Of a DNA stretch of 64,000 nucleotides, positions 38,248-49,716 are shown one piece after another. The DNA is from Nibricoccus sp. Its GTDB lineage: Bacteria; Verrucomicrobiota; Verrucomicrobiia; Opitutales; Opitutaceae. Location: the NCBI GenBank assembly GCA_047602425.1, contig JASGHG010000001.1:1408001-1472000 (forward strand). Direction: 5' to 3'. Both the position numbers and the translations under genes were made by a program. The first letter of the stretch is position 1, and every line of letters begins with the position of its first letter. Below the pieces are notes generated by a model. It made no database searches and was not told the origin of the DNA. It saw only the letters and a list, made by a program, of their open reading frames with translations.

Positions 38248-41200
38248 GTGGTCAAATCCGTTCCATCCTCCGCCAAGCCCGAATGCATCCGCCTGCGCGG
38301 TGTACGTCAGAATAATCTTAAGGGCTTCGATCTCGATCTGCCGCTCGGCCAATATGTCGTCGTCACCGGCCTGAGCGGCGCGGGCAAATCCTCGCTCGTC
38401 TTCGACACGCTCCACGCCGAGGGACAGCGCCGCTACGTCGAAACTTTCAGCGCCTACACCCGTCAGTTTCTCGAACTACTCAACAAGCCCAAAGTCGATT
38501 CGATCGAAAACATTCGCCCTTCAATCGCGATCGAGCAGACCAACACGGTTAAGACATCGCGCTCCACCGTCGGGACGATGACAGAGCTGACCGATTTCTT
38601 TAAAGTGTGGTTCAGCCATGTCGCCGAATGTTTCGACCCCGAGACTGGCGAAAAAGTCGAGGATGACACCCCGCAAACCGTCTGGGAAAAAACGTTCGCC
38701 AATCATGCCGGCCAGACCCTCATTGTCGCCTTCAAAATCGAAAAGCCGGCCAACCTCGCCTGGCCCGAAATCCTTACCAATCTCAAGGGACAAGGTTACA
38801 GCCGCGTGCTTCTGCCCGCAGCCCATGACAACATTTCAGCCCAACGTATCGACGATCTACTCTCTCCCCAATCCCCCATAACCCATCACCCATCACCTTT
38901 CCTCTTCGTCGCGCAGGATCGCATCCCCATCCAAACGCCGAATAAGCCCCGTTTCCTCGAAGCCGTTGAGACCGCCCTGCATTTCGGCCATGGCGAAGTC
39001 CACCTCTTCGCCTCAACCGACAACTCTTCAACTTCCTCCCTTCAACCTCAACTCGTGCCCGTAGGGCACCATTCGCGCGGTCTGCATTCCCCCAAAACCG
39101 GCCGCACGTTCCGCGCCGCCACTCCTGCGCTTTTTTCCTTCAACTCTCCGCTCGGCGCCTGTCCGCAATGCCGCGGTTTCGGCCGCGTCATCGAAATTGA
39201 CTACCGCCTCGCCATCCCGGACCAATCCGTTTCGATCGATGATGGCGCGATCAAATGCTGGGAAGGCGAGGTCTACGGCGAATCGAAAAAGGACCTCCTG
39301 ACCTTTGCGAAAAAGAAAAAAATCCCGACCCACATTCCTTTTGCTGCGCTGACGCCCAACCAAAAGACCTACATCATCGACGGCGAACCTGGGTATGGCG
39401 CCGAGGGCAAGGAATGGCCCCGCGCTTGGTACGGCCTTAAGGGATTTTTCCGCTGGCTCGAGAAAACCACTTACAAGATGCATGTGCGCGTCTTCCTCTC
39501 GCGCTTCCGTGCTTACAATGTTTGCCCCGCCTGCTCCGGCCAGCGCCTCCAACCCGAAGCCCTCTGCTGGAAATGGCAGGGCCGCACCCTTCCCGAACTC
39601 TACCAGCTCCCAGTCGGCGATCTGCTCGCACTCCTCACCAACCCGGAAGTTTGTCATCTATTAAACTACAAATCTTCTGCTACCGCCAACATCCACCAAC
39701 GTGACCTCGCCTACGATTCCATTGTCACGCGGCTCCGTTATCTCGCTCAGGTCGGTCTCGATTACCTGACGCTCGACCGCTCGTCAAAAACGCTCTCCGG
39801 CGGCGAAGTCGAACGCGTTAACCTCACCTCCTGCCTCGGCACTTCCCTCGTCGACACGCTCTTCGTTCTCGACGAACCCAGCGTCGGCCTGCACCCACGC
39901 GATATCGACCGCCTAATTGCGATCATTCGTTCGCTCACCGATGCCGGCAACACCGTCGTCGTGGTCGAACACGACGAAGCCATGATCCGCGCGGCCGACC
40001 ACGTCATCGAGGTCGGTCCCGAGCCCGGCGGTCGCGGAGGTCACATCGTTTTTCAAGGCAATGTCGGCGAAATGCTTTGTTCCCGCGGCAGCATCACCGG
40101 CGCGTATTTCTCAGGGCGCCAAACCATCGAGACACCTGCCAAGCGCCGCTCCGTCTCCGCACGGCATCCGGCCCTGCATTTTAAAAACGTCTCCAAGCAC
40201 AATATCGCCGGCCTTTCCTTCGATCTGCCCTTGCAACGTCTCGTGTGCTTGTCGGGCGTATCTGGTTCGGGCAAATCCACCCTGCTCGACAACGTGATCC
40301 ATCAAGGGCTGCTCGCGCAAAAACAGCAGCTCACCGAAGACCCCGCCCAGATCGAATCCATAACCAGCGATCTTCCGTTTTCAGAAATTATTCTCGTCGA
40401 TCAGTCCCCGCTCAGTCGAACTCCGCGCTCGAATCCCGCACTCTATACGGAGGCGTGGGACCTCATCCGTGAACTTTACGCCCAAACTCCCGTCGCCCAG
40501 GAAGCGGGTTTCGGACCTTCGAGTTTTTCCTTCAACAGCGGCGACGGTCGTTGCGACCATTGCCAGGGCCTCGGCTACGAACGCGTGGAGATGCAATTCC
40601 TCTCCGACGTCTTCGTTCCCTGCCCCGTTTGCGAAGGTGCGCGTTTCAAGCCCGACGTCCTCGCGATCAAATGGAACAACAAATCCATTGCCGACCTACT
40701 CGCCACGAGCGTCACCGATGCACTTCCTCTTTTCGCCGATCACGCCGCCATCCGCTCTCGTCTTTCCAGCCTGGAAGCCGTCGGCCTCGGCTACCTCACC
40801 CTCGGCCAACCGCTCAATACTCTCAGCGGCGGCGAATCGCAACGATTGAAACTGGTTCGGCACCTGAGCGCCCAGTTTTCCGATTCTGCAATTTCAAATT
40901 TCAACTCTCAAATTCCAGCACGCGCCCTCCTCCTCCTCGACGAACCGACCACCGGCCTTCATCGCCACGATGTGAAACGGCTGCTCGAAGCCCTGCATGC
41001 ACTCGTCGAGCGCGGCCACAGCGTCATCGTCATCGAGCACAATCTCGATGTGCTCAAATCTGCCGACTGGATCCTTGAAGTCGGCCCCGACGCCGGCGCC
41101 AACGGCGGCCGCATCGTGGCCGAAGGCACACCCGAAACCCTCGCCGCCTCCAAAACTGCCACCAGTCACTTCCTCCGCGTCGCCCTGAAAGAGAGTAACC

Positions 41201-44200
41201 CAATAGGTTACTCCTCATCTGAAAAAACTTCTGGCAAACCTGGGACTGCTAAAGGCAAAAGTAACCTATTAGGTTACGAACCTTCTGATATCGCTAATTC
41301 TGAAAACGAGCTGCTTGTTGCCGAGAACAGCGCGGCTTTACCCGCCCAGTCTTCCAACGCCCCTGTCCTTTCCGTGATCGGCGCACGCGAAAACAATCTC
41401 AAAAATCTCTCCGTCTCGATTCCGCACCACGAGCTCTCGGTCGTCACCGGCGTCTCCGGTTCGGGCAAGTCCACCCTCGCGTTCGACATCGTGTTTGCCG
41501 AGGGCCAGCGCCGCTTCATGGAGTCAATGTCGCCTTACGCCCGTCAGTTTGTCGAACAACTCCCCAGGCCCAGCATCGACCGGCTTACGGGCATCCCGCC
41601 CACCGTTGCCATCGAACAACGCGTCACCCGCGGCTCGCGCAAATCCACCGTCGCCACCATCACCGAAGTCGCACAATACCTCCGCCTCCTCTACGCCCGG
41701 CTCGGCATTCAACACCATCCCGATACCGACAAACCCGTCGAACCCCTTTCACCCGGCCAGTTGAAAAAACTTTTGGCCCGCGTGGTCGCCACGCCCAAAG
41801 CAAAAAAGGCCAAGCACCTTTATCTCTGCGCGCCGCTCATCCGCGGACGCAAAGGCCATCATCAGCCGATCGCCACGTGGATCGAGAATCAGGGTTATGA
41901 GCTCATGCGTGCCGACGGTCGTCTCCTGCGCGTGGACACTTTCGAAAAACTCGACCGCTACAAGGAGCACGACATTGAGGTCGTCGTCGCAGATCTGAAG
42001 TCGGAGATCGGAGGTCGGAGGTCGGAACGCAAACCAACCAATCCACGCTCAAAATCCGAACTGACCTCCGACTCCCGACCTCCGACTTCCACTGAAGCGC
42101 TCGACGACGCTCTCCGCCTCGGCAAAGGCTCTTGCTTTCTCCTCACTCCCGCCGGCGAAATCCTTTCCTGGTTTTCCACCACGCGCACCGATATCGAAAC
42201 CGGTGAGTCCTTTCCGGAGCTCGATCCGAAACATTTTTCATTCAACTCACCGCGCGGTTGGTGCCCGACGTGCCGTGGCCACGGACGCATTTTCCCCTGG
42301 ATGCTCGAACTCGATAAGGAAGATGAAGAGGACGCCGACCAAGCACTTCGTCTCCGCGCTTTTGGCGTCGAATCGTCCGATGACGTCGGCGACTCCGGCC
42401 AACCTTGTCCCGAATGTCACGGCGAACGCCTTAATCGCATTGCACGTTCCGTGCGCCTGCATTTCCGCGGGAAACAACCACCGCTCTCGCTTCCGCAGCT
42501 CCTTCGTTCCACTCCCGCACAACTCCTCACTCATCTCCGCGCGCTCGAACTCGACGCCCGCGAGCCGCGCGATCACGGAGGATATCGTGCCGCAAATCGA
42601 AGAACGCCTTCGCTTCCTCGATCACGTCGGTCTCGGCTACCTTTCGCTCGATCGTCCGACCGAAACACTTTCCGGAGGCGAAGCCCAGCGCATCCGTCTC
42701 GCCGCCCAACTCGGATCAAATCTCTCCGGCGTTCTTTATGTCCTCGACGAGCCTTCCATCGGTCTGCACGCGCGCGATAACGACCGCCTGATCGAAACGC
42801 TCAAGGCCTTGCGCGAAAAAGGAAATACCCTCCTCGTGGTCGAACACGACGACGAGCTGATGGAGCAAGCTGACCGCATCATCGACCTCGGTCCCGCCGC
42901 CGGCGTCCACGGTGGCGAACTACTCGCCATCGGTACACCCGCCGAGATCAAGCGCAGCGACAAATCCCTCACCGGCCTCTTTCTCGCCAAGGGCATCGCC
43001 CATCCGCTTCGGGGCGAGTACCGCGAAATTCAGAAACCAGAGGCCAGAAGCCAGAAGCCAGCACGAAAAACCAAACTTGCCACTTCTTCTCCGACATCTG
43101 GCCTCCGGCCTCCGGCCTCTGGCATCTGGCTTACCCTCACCGGAGCTCGCCTGCGCAATCTTAAGAACTTCGATCTCCGTCTTCCGCTCGGGCGCCTGAT
43201 CATGGTCGCGGGACCCAGCGGCGCGGGTAAATCCACGCTTTTCCGCGATTTGCTCGATCCCGCTGTCACTACCGCGATCAAAGAGAAAAAGTCCCGCCTG
43301 ACCGGAAAAGACTTCGTCAAAGTCACCGGTTTCGCCTCCGAGGAATCGCAAACTTCAACTTCTAGATCCAAAACCCTTTCTCCCTTCGACGAACTTTCCG
43401 GCGCAACCGTTTTCAAGTCCGTCATCGAAGTCGATCAATCTCCCATCGGTAAAACACCGCGCTCCACGCCCGCGACCTACCTCGGTATCTTCGATTTGAT
43501 CCGCCAGTTCTTCGCTTCGATCCCCGAGTCGAAAATTCGCGGCTACACCGCCTCGCGCTTTTCCTTCAATACCGCGGGTGGCCGCTGCGAAACCTGCGCC
43601 GGCGCCGGACGGATCAAGTTGGAAATGGCGTTTATGCCCGACACGTACCTGCCGTGCGACAACTGCCGCGGCACGCGTTACAGTGCCGAACTCTCGGACA
43701 TCACCTGGAAGAATAAAACCATCGGCGACGTCCTCGCGCTCACGTTCGAAGAGGCCGCGCAGTTTTTCGATTTCCATTCCCAGCTCTCGCAAGTCTGCCA
43801 GCTCATGGTCGATTGCGGCCTCGGTTACCTCACCCTCGGCCAAAGCTCGCCGACCCTCTCCGGTGGCGAAGCCCAACGCCTCAAGCTCGTGACCGAGCTT
43901 TCCCGCGGACTCGCCAGCTACAAAGAACGTTCGTATGGCATCCAGCGGCAGAACCTCTACCTTCTGGAAGAGCCAACCATTGGCTTGCACCTAAGTGACT
44001 GTGAAAAACTCATCCGTGTGCTCCATTCGCTGGTGGATCAAGGCCACACGGTCATTGTGATTGAGCACCACCTTGATTTGCTCGCCGAAGCCGATTACAT
44101 CGTCGAACTCGGACCAGTCGGCGGCCCCGACGGCGGCGAACTCCTTTACCAAGGCCCGCTCGAGGGCCTGCTAAAAGTAAAGGGCTCCCCCACCGCACCC

Positions 44201-44227
44201 TACTTGAAAACGAAACTGAAGAAATAA
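38248..44227 (+). CDS. uvrA: Double-length excinuclease ABC subunit A, split by a +1 frameshift near 42562 (sequencing error or pseudogene)
   Basis: Four Walker A motifs ([18 protein letters not shown] twice, GPSGAGKST), four LSGGE signatures, Zn-finger CxxC pairs; reading continues from LELDAR in frame 1 to [16 protein letters not shown] in frame 2. Confidence 0.9.
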
Positions 44228-44248
44228 CCAGAGTCGGTTTACGAACCA

Positions 44249-44371
44249 TTTCACAGAAGCTAACAAAGGCAACGAAGCGTCGGTCGACTTTCCGACTCAA
44301 ATTTTCAAGCCGTGGAATCTCAATCAAGCGCAGACCACAGTTCTTCGCTACCTTCGTTTCCTTTTGTAAAA
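44249..44371. repeat. MITE-like element related to 22723-22843
   Basis: TTTCACAGAAGCTAACAAAGGCAACGAAG ... CTTCGCTACCTTCGTTTCCTTTTGTAAAA. Confidence 0.6.
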
Positions 44372-44390
44372 CATCCTTCGCGTGATCGCC

Positions 44391-45137
44391 TCAGCGATAC
44401 GGCTGGTGCAGATCGACGTGCTTGGCGGTTTTGCTGCGGAGCTTGAGGTTGAGCATCTCGACGCCGAAGGCGAAGGCCATCGAGAAGTAAATGTAACCTT
44501 TCGGGATATGCTGGCCGAGCGATTCGCCGACAAGAGTCACACCAATCAATATCAGGAAACTCAACGCGAGCATCTTGAGCGTCGGGTGTTTGTGCACGAA
44601 GTCGCTGATCTTGCCCGCGAAGACCAGCATGATGCCGAGTGCGATGACCACGGCGGCGACCATCACGCCGAGATGATTAGCCATGCCGACCGCGGTGATC
44701 ACTGAGTCGAGCGAGAATACAATATCAAGCAGCATGATTTGGATAACCACACTCATGAAGGAAACCGCACGCCGCTTCGAGGTCGCTTCACCGTCCTCGC
44801 CTTCGAGTTTTTCGTGAATCTCGCGTACACTCTTGGCGATTAGAAACAGACCGCCGATTCCGAGGATTAAATCGCGCCCGGAAACGCCGTGTCCCACAAT
44901 CGGAAAGGTGAACAAGGGCGTCGTGAGTCGCATCAACCAAGTGATGCTAAACAACAGGAGAATGCGCGTGATCAACGCGAGCATGAGGCCAACCTGACGC
45001 GCCTTGCCCTGTTTCTCGGCGGGTAATTTCCCGGCGAGGATCGAAATAAAAATGATATTGTCGATGCCCAGAACGATTTCCAAGCCGGTCAACGTGAGCA
45101 GTGAAATCCAGATTTGCGGATCAGTAAGCCATTCCAT
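44391..45137 (-). CDS. TerC-family membrane protein
   Basis: LEIVLGIDNIIFI, DIVFSLDSVITAVG, PKGYIYFSMAF. Confidence 0.93.
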   Translation of the reverse strand: MEWLTDPQIWISLLTLTGLEIVLGIDNIIFISILAGKLPAEKQGKARQVGLMLALITRILLLFSITWLMRLTTPLFTFPIVGHGVSGRDLILGIGGLFLIAKSVREIHEKLEGEDGEATSKRRAVSFMSVVIQIMLLDIVFSLDSVITAVGMANHLGVMVAAVVIALGIMLVFAGKISDFVHKHPTLKMLALSFLILIGVTLVGESLGQHIPKGYIYFSMAFAFGVEMLNLKLRSKTAKHVDLHQPYR

Positions 45138-45225
45138 GATGCACGCTAAAAGGTCAGAGCCAGGCATTTCGTCAATGCGAACTGGCCGAAATCGGCGCAC
45201 AAGCCACAACCAAGGAGACAATCCG

Positions 45226-45337
45226 TTTGGCCACAAAAAGCACAAATGCCTGATCCTCCGACAGTGTTGCCCGCGCGCCTATAGGCGCCTCGATGGTTCG
45301 TACAACAGCTCGATTTTTTGCGCCTTTTGTGGCTAAA
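45226..45337. repeat. Short element with terminal inverted repeats
   Basis: TTTGGCCACAAAAAGCACAAA ... TTTTTGCGCCTTTTGTGGCTAAA. Confidence 0.5.
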
Positions 45338-45340
45338 AAC

Positions 45341-45369
45341 AAAAACGCCGCCCCTCGGGAAAGGCGGCG
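45341..45369 (-). terminator. Probable intrinsic terminator of rhamnulokinase gene
   Basis: AAAAACGCCGCC...GGCGGCG hairpin with U-tract on the minus strand. Confidence 0.6.
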
Positions 45370-45397
45370 CAAAAAACTTACTGATCTAAAAAAATAC

Positions 45398-46831
45398 TCA
45401 GCCCCTCGGCTTGTACTCCGTCTTCTCCAAACCGGCGCCGAGGTGTTTGCGGAAGGTGGCTTTGTCTTTCACCGCGCGCAGCGAGATCAGCTGGCTGGCA
45501 ATATTACCGACGGCCGTGCCTTCGAGGCTGAACGACACCACGGGAATCCCCGCGGCGTCGGCCGTCGCCTGGCACATGAGCTTGTTGCGGGAACCGCCTC
45601 CAACCACCAGGATGCGCTTGAATTTCCTGCCGGTCATGCGCTCGAAGTTGGCCTTCGCGTTCGCATGGCCTTGACCGAGCGAATCGCAGATGAGGCGGAG
45701 GTAGCCGGCGAGGTCCTTCGGCGGACGCGCGCCTTTTTTCTTGAGTTGAGCGTCGATCGCAGCGCGCATCGAGGGCGGATTGGAGAAAATAGGGTCCGTT
45801 GTATCCAGCAGTTGTTTCGGCGCGGGCAACGCGGCCGCGGCGGCGTTGAGCTTGGCCCGTTCGTCTTCCTTGGTCGGACGGTTCGGGAAGGCTTTCATCA
45901 CGCCTTCGAGCAGCCAGAAACCGATCACATTCGTAAGCGGACGGTAGCGGCCGTCGCCAATGCGTTCATTGGCAATGCGAGCGGCAAGCGCCTCGGAGCC
46001 GAGGACAGGCTTGTCGCTTTCGAAGCCAACGAGCGACCACGTACCCGAACTGAGAAAGAGATCGTCGCCATCCGGATCGGCGGGCATCGCGTCGTAGGCA
46101 GCGGCGGTATCATGGCCGGGCACCGCGATGACTTTCACTCCTTTGAGTTCGGGGAAGTTGACGACGTTGCCGAGTTTCGTGCCGGCCAAAACCGGCTTCG
46201 AGAACCAACCGGCCGGAATGCGGAAGTAATCGAGCGCCGGGCGCGACCAGTCGCACGAATGCACATCGAGCAGTTGCGTTGTGCTGGCGATGGTGAGTTC
46301 GTTCTCCATGCGGCCGGAGAGCAGGTAGTTCAAATAATCCGGCAGGAAAAGGCAGCGCGACGCCATGTCCTCAATCGCGGGGCAGTTGGCGACGACTTCG
46401 GCCAGTTGGAGCGAGCTGTTGTAGAAAACATTAGGAATGCCCGTTGCAGCGTAAATGCGATCGAGCGCGGCGCGTGTATTGCCGAGTTTTTTCAGACCAG
46501 CCTGCGTGCGGTTGCAGCGATAAGCGTGCATCGGGAAGACGAGGCGACCCGCGTCGTTGAGCAAAACATAGTCGACGCCCCACGTGTCGACGCCGACCGA
46601 GGAAAGTTTCGCGCCTTTCGGGAGCGCGGCGACGGCTTTGCGGAGGCCGGTTTGCACTTCATTCCAGAGTGTGCCGATTTCCCAATAATCGTGCGCGCCG
46701 AGCGAGCGAAACGCGTTGGGGAACCGGTGAACTTCGTTCAGCCGGAGCTGGTTTTTAGCCCAAGAACCGAGGATGACTCGGCCACTTGTGGCACCTAGAT
46801 CGACAGCAGCGCAATAAACGGTGGAGGCCAT
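45398..46831 (-). CDS. rhaB: Rhamnulokinase / FGGY-family sugar kinase
   Basis: AVDLGATSGRV, EVHRFPN, GVDTWGVDY, GHDTAAA, LSSGTWSLVG, VGGGSRN. Confidence 0.88.
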   Translation of the reverse strand: MASTVYCAAVDLGATSGRVILGSWAKNQLRLNEVHRFPNAFRSLGAHDYWEIGTLWNEVQTGLRKAVAALPKGAKLSSVGVDTWGVDYVLLNDAGRLVFPMHAYRCNRTQAGLKKLGNTRAALDRIYAATGIPNVFYNSSLQLAEVVANCPAIEDMASRCLFLPDYLNYLLSGRMENELTIASTTQLLDVHSCDWSRPALDYFRIPAGWFSKPVLAGTKLGNVVNFPELKGVKVIAVPGHDTAAAYDAMPADPDGDDLFLSSGTWSLVGFESDKPVLGSEALAARIANERIGDGRYRPLTNVIGFWLLEGVMKAFPNRPTKEDERAKLNAAAAALPAPKQLLDTTDPIFSNPPSMRAAIDAQLKKKGARPPKDLAGYLRLICDSLGQGHANAKANFERMTGRKFKRILVVGGGSRNKLMCQATADAAGIPVVSFSLEGTAVGNIASQLISLRAVKDKATFRKHLGAGLEKTEYKPRG

Positions 46832-46946
46832 GGGGAAATCGACCAGAAGCTTGGCTAATCGATTCTGACATATCGACAAAAATCACCCGGGCGGCCGAAG
46901 GTTTGCGATTGTACCGTCAACCGCGGGAAATACTGTCGGTCCTCTC

Positions 46947-47720
46947 ATGTCCACGACCACACCCGCGCGCCCAACCGGCAAACGTATCCAGCTTATGGCG
47001 ACGTGCCTGTGCGACGCGTTTTACGACGACGTTGCCGCCGCCACCGTTGAGATCCTCGAACACCTCGGCTGCGAAATCGATTTCCCCGAAAGCCAGACTT
47101 GCTGCGGCCAGCCGGCCTTCAACGGCGGCGATTGGCCTGCTTCGCGCAAGGTCGTCCGGCACGCGGTCAAAACTTTTGCCGGCGAGAATCCCGTCGTTGT
47201 CCCGTCCGGCTCGTGCGCCGCGATGATGTACCATGGCGCGGTGATGGAATTCGAAAAAGAGCCCGACCTCGACGCCGTCAAACAGCTCGGCAACCGCACG
47301 TGGGAAGTTTGCGACTATATCGTCAACGGCCTCGGCGTCACGACGTGGGGCGGTCGTTTCGACGCGAAGATCGCGTTTCATCGTTCGTGTCACTTGCGCG
47401 GCAGCAATTCCACCGAAGCCGTGTTCAAACTCCTCCGCTCGATCGAGGGCGTTGAATTGGTGGAGTTCGACGAGTTCGAGCAATGCTGCGGATTCGGCGG
47501 CACGTTTTCGGTGACGTTTCCGCACATTTCAAAACAGATGGGCGAATTGAAGCTCAGCCATTTCCGCGCCGCCAAGCCCGACCTCATCGTCTCGGCCGAC
47601 ATGAGCTGCCTGATGCACCTCAGCGGCCTAGCCAACAAACAGGGCCAACCGATTAAAAACATGCACGTCGCCCAGGTTCTCCGCGACGCGCTCAAAAATT
47701 CCGGGAAACTCGCGAAATGA
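46947..47720 (+). CDS. lutA: Lactate utilization protein A (LutA/LldE), CCG-domain Fe-S protein
   Basis: QTCCGQPAFN, SGSC, HRSCH, QCCGFGGTFSV. Confidence 0.88.
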   Translation: MSTTTPARPTGKRIQLMATCLCDAFYDDVAAATVEILEHLGCEIDFPESQTCCGQPAFNGGDWPASRKVVRHAVKTFAGENPVVVPSGSCAAMMYHGAVMEFEKEPDLDAVKQLGNRTWEVCDYIVNGLGVTTWGGRFDAKIAFHRSCHLRGSNSTEAVFKLLRSIEGVELVEFDEFEQCCGFGGTFSVTFPHISKQMGELKLSHFRAAKPDLIVSADMSCLMHLSGLANKQGQPIKNMHVAQVLRDALKNSGKLAK

Positions 47721-49108
47721 AATACCAGCAAATCGACCAGTACGCCGCGAAGATTTCCCTCGAGAAACGCACCGCCGTCTATGGTGGCTCCAAGGCTGGC
47801 TACGACAGTCGCAAGAAAGCGCTTTTCACGCACTACACCGCGCCCGACGACCTCCGTAAACTCGCCGGCAATATCAAGCAGCACGCGATCGAAAATCTCG
47901 ACACCTACCTCCCGCAGGTCGAAGCCAAACTTCAAGCCAACGGCGCGAAAGTTCACTGGGCCGAGGACGCCAATGAGGCCTGCGCCCGCGTGCTTGAAAT
48001 CATGCGCGCCCGCAACGCGACCAAAATCGTCAAAGCCAAGACGATGGTGAGCGAAGAAATCGGCCTCGCCCCTTACCTCGAAAAAGAAGGCATCGAGTGC
48101 CTCGAAACCGACCTCGGCGAATTCATTGTCCAAATCGGACACGACCATCCGTCGCACATCGTCAAACCGATCATCCACAAAAACCGCCGCGAGATCGCGA
48201 AGCTTTTTGAGGAAAACGGACTCGGCGATTACAACGACGATCCCGAAACAATCACGCGCCGCGCCCGCCAGTTTCTCCGCCACAAATACCTCGAAGCCGA
48301 CGTCGGTCTCACAGGCGCGAATTTCGTCTCCGCCGAAAGCGGTCGCATCGTCCTGGTGACCAACGAGGGCAATTCCCGTTTCTCGCTCGCCGCAACCAAG
48401 GTTCACATCGCGCTGATCGGCATCGAAAAAGTCGTCCCGAAAGACCGCGACCTCGCCATTCTCCTCAACCTCCTCGCTCGCTCCGGCACCGGCCAGCAGC
48501 TCACGGTTTACACCGAGTTCATCAACGGCCCGAAATCCGCCACGCAGCCCGACGGCCCGGAGGAAATGCACGTCATCTTCGTCGACAACGGTCGCACCGA
48601 AGTCCTCGCCAGCGACTGCAAAGAAATCCTCCGCTGCATCCGTTGCGGAGCATGCCTCAACGTTTGTCCCGTCTATCGCCAGGCCAGCGGACACGCCTAC
48701 CGCAGTGTTTATCCCGGCCCGGTCGGAGCCGTGCTCTCGCCGATTCTGGCCGGAAAGAAGTTCCCCGAACTAGCCGACCTACCCAAAGCCTCCAGCCTTT
48801 GCGGCGCGTGCAACGAGGTCTGCCCGGTCAACATCCCGATCCCCGACTTGCTCCTTCGCCTACGCGACCGCGGCAAACGCGAGCACAGCGAAGCCGCGGC
48901 GGCAGCCGCAGTGCCGCTCGGCGGTTTCGCCCTCGGCGCGACTTCGCCCACGCTCTGGAAAACCGCCCTCTCCCTCGGCGGCCTCAACACGCTCGTGCCA
49001 AACGCGCTCCTCCCGCGCGCCGCCAAAACCTGGATCGACGACCGCGGCCTGCCCGAATGGCGCGGCGGCGAATTCAGAAAGTGGATGAAAAACAGGAAAA
49101 AGAAATGA
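47717..49108 (+). CDS. lutB: Lactate utilization protein B (LutB/LldF)
   Basis: ETDLGEFIVQ, VTNEGN, CIRCGACLNVCPVY, SSLCGACNEVCPVNI. Confidence 0.92.
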   Translation: MKYQQIDQYAAKISLEKRTAVYGGSKAGYDSRKKALFTHYTAPDDLRKLAGNIKQHAIENLDTYLPQVEAKLQANGAKVHWAEDANEACARVLEIMRARNATKIVKAKTMVSEEIGLAPYLEKEGIECLETDLGEFIVQIGHDHPSHIVKPIIHKNRREIAKLFEENGLGDYNDDPETITRRARQFLRHKYLEADVGLTGANFVSAESGRIVLVTNEGNSRFSLAATKVHIALIGIEKVVPKDRDLAILLNLLARSGTGQQLTVYTEFINGPKSATQPDGPEEMHVIFVDNGRTEVLASDCKEILRCIRCGACLNVCPVYRQASGHAYRSVYPGPVGAVLSPILAGKKFPELADLPKASSLCGACNEVCPVNIPIPDLLLRLRDRGKREHSEAAAAAAVPLGGFALGATSPTLWKTALSLGGLNTLVPNALLPRAAKTWIDDRGLPEWRGGEFRKWMKNRKKK

Positions 49109-49716
49109 GCTCTTCCCGCGAAAAAATTCTCGGCCGCGTCAACGCCGCCCTCGCTCCCCTGCCGAAGCGCGCCGTCCATCCCGACTTCGCCGACAAAACG
49201 GCCACCATGCCGAACCTTCCGCTCGGCGACACGACTGCGCTGTTCAAGGAGCGCCTGAAGCTCGTCAATGGCCAGTCCTTCGATGATGCCGCTTCGCTCG
49301 TCGCCTGGCTCAAAGCCGCCGGTCACACCCGCGGCTATTGCGATCCTGCGCTTTGGGCGGGCTTGAGCGCTGCGTTTAGTGATGGCTTCAAAGTCGAAAC
49401 GTCGTTCGACCGCACGCGTGTCGATGACTATCAGTTCGGCATCACGCGCTCGGTCGGCGCGATTGCCGAAACCGGTTCGATCATCCTCACGGACAAAGCG
49501 ACGTCGTCGCGTCTCGGCGCGCTCGCGCCTTGGATTCACATCGCGGTCGTTTCAAAAAAGCAGATTCATCCCGACCTCGTTTCCGCCGTCACCGCACTCG
49601 GCGACGATCCTAATGTCATCTGGTGCACGGGCCCGTCGAAAACCGCGGACGTCGAAGGCATTTTGATCCAAGGCGTTCATGGTCCGGGGGTGCAGATCGC
49701 TTTGCTCGAAAATTGA
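49105..49716 (+). CDS. lutC: Lactate utilization protein C (LutC/LldG), LUD domain
   Basis: AIAETGS, TGPSKTADVEGILIQGVHGP; ATGA overlap with lutB. Confidence 0.9.
   Translation: MSSSREKILGRVNAALAPLPKRAVHPDFADKTATMPNLPLGDTTALFKERLKLVNGQSFDDAASLVAWLKAAGHTRGYCDPALWAGLSAAFSDGFKVETSFDRTRVDDYQFGITRSVGAIAETGSIILTDKATSSRLGALAPWIHIAVVSKKQIHPDLVSAVTALGDDPNVIWCTGPSKTADVEGILIQGVHGPGVQIALLEN

Noticed and set aside
42555..42570. Programmed ribosomal frameshift
   Set aside because: No slippery heptamer or homopolymer at the junction
45293..46798. Long antisense and alternate-frame ORFs (also 7008-8483, 27141-28502, 47390-48694, 53128-54315)
   Set aside because: Shadows of well-supported genes in high-GC DNA with no recognisable motifs
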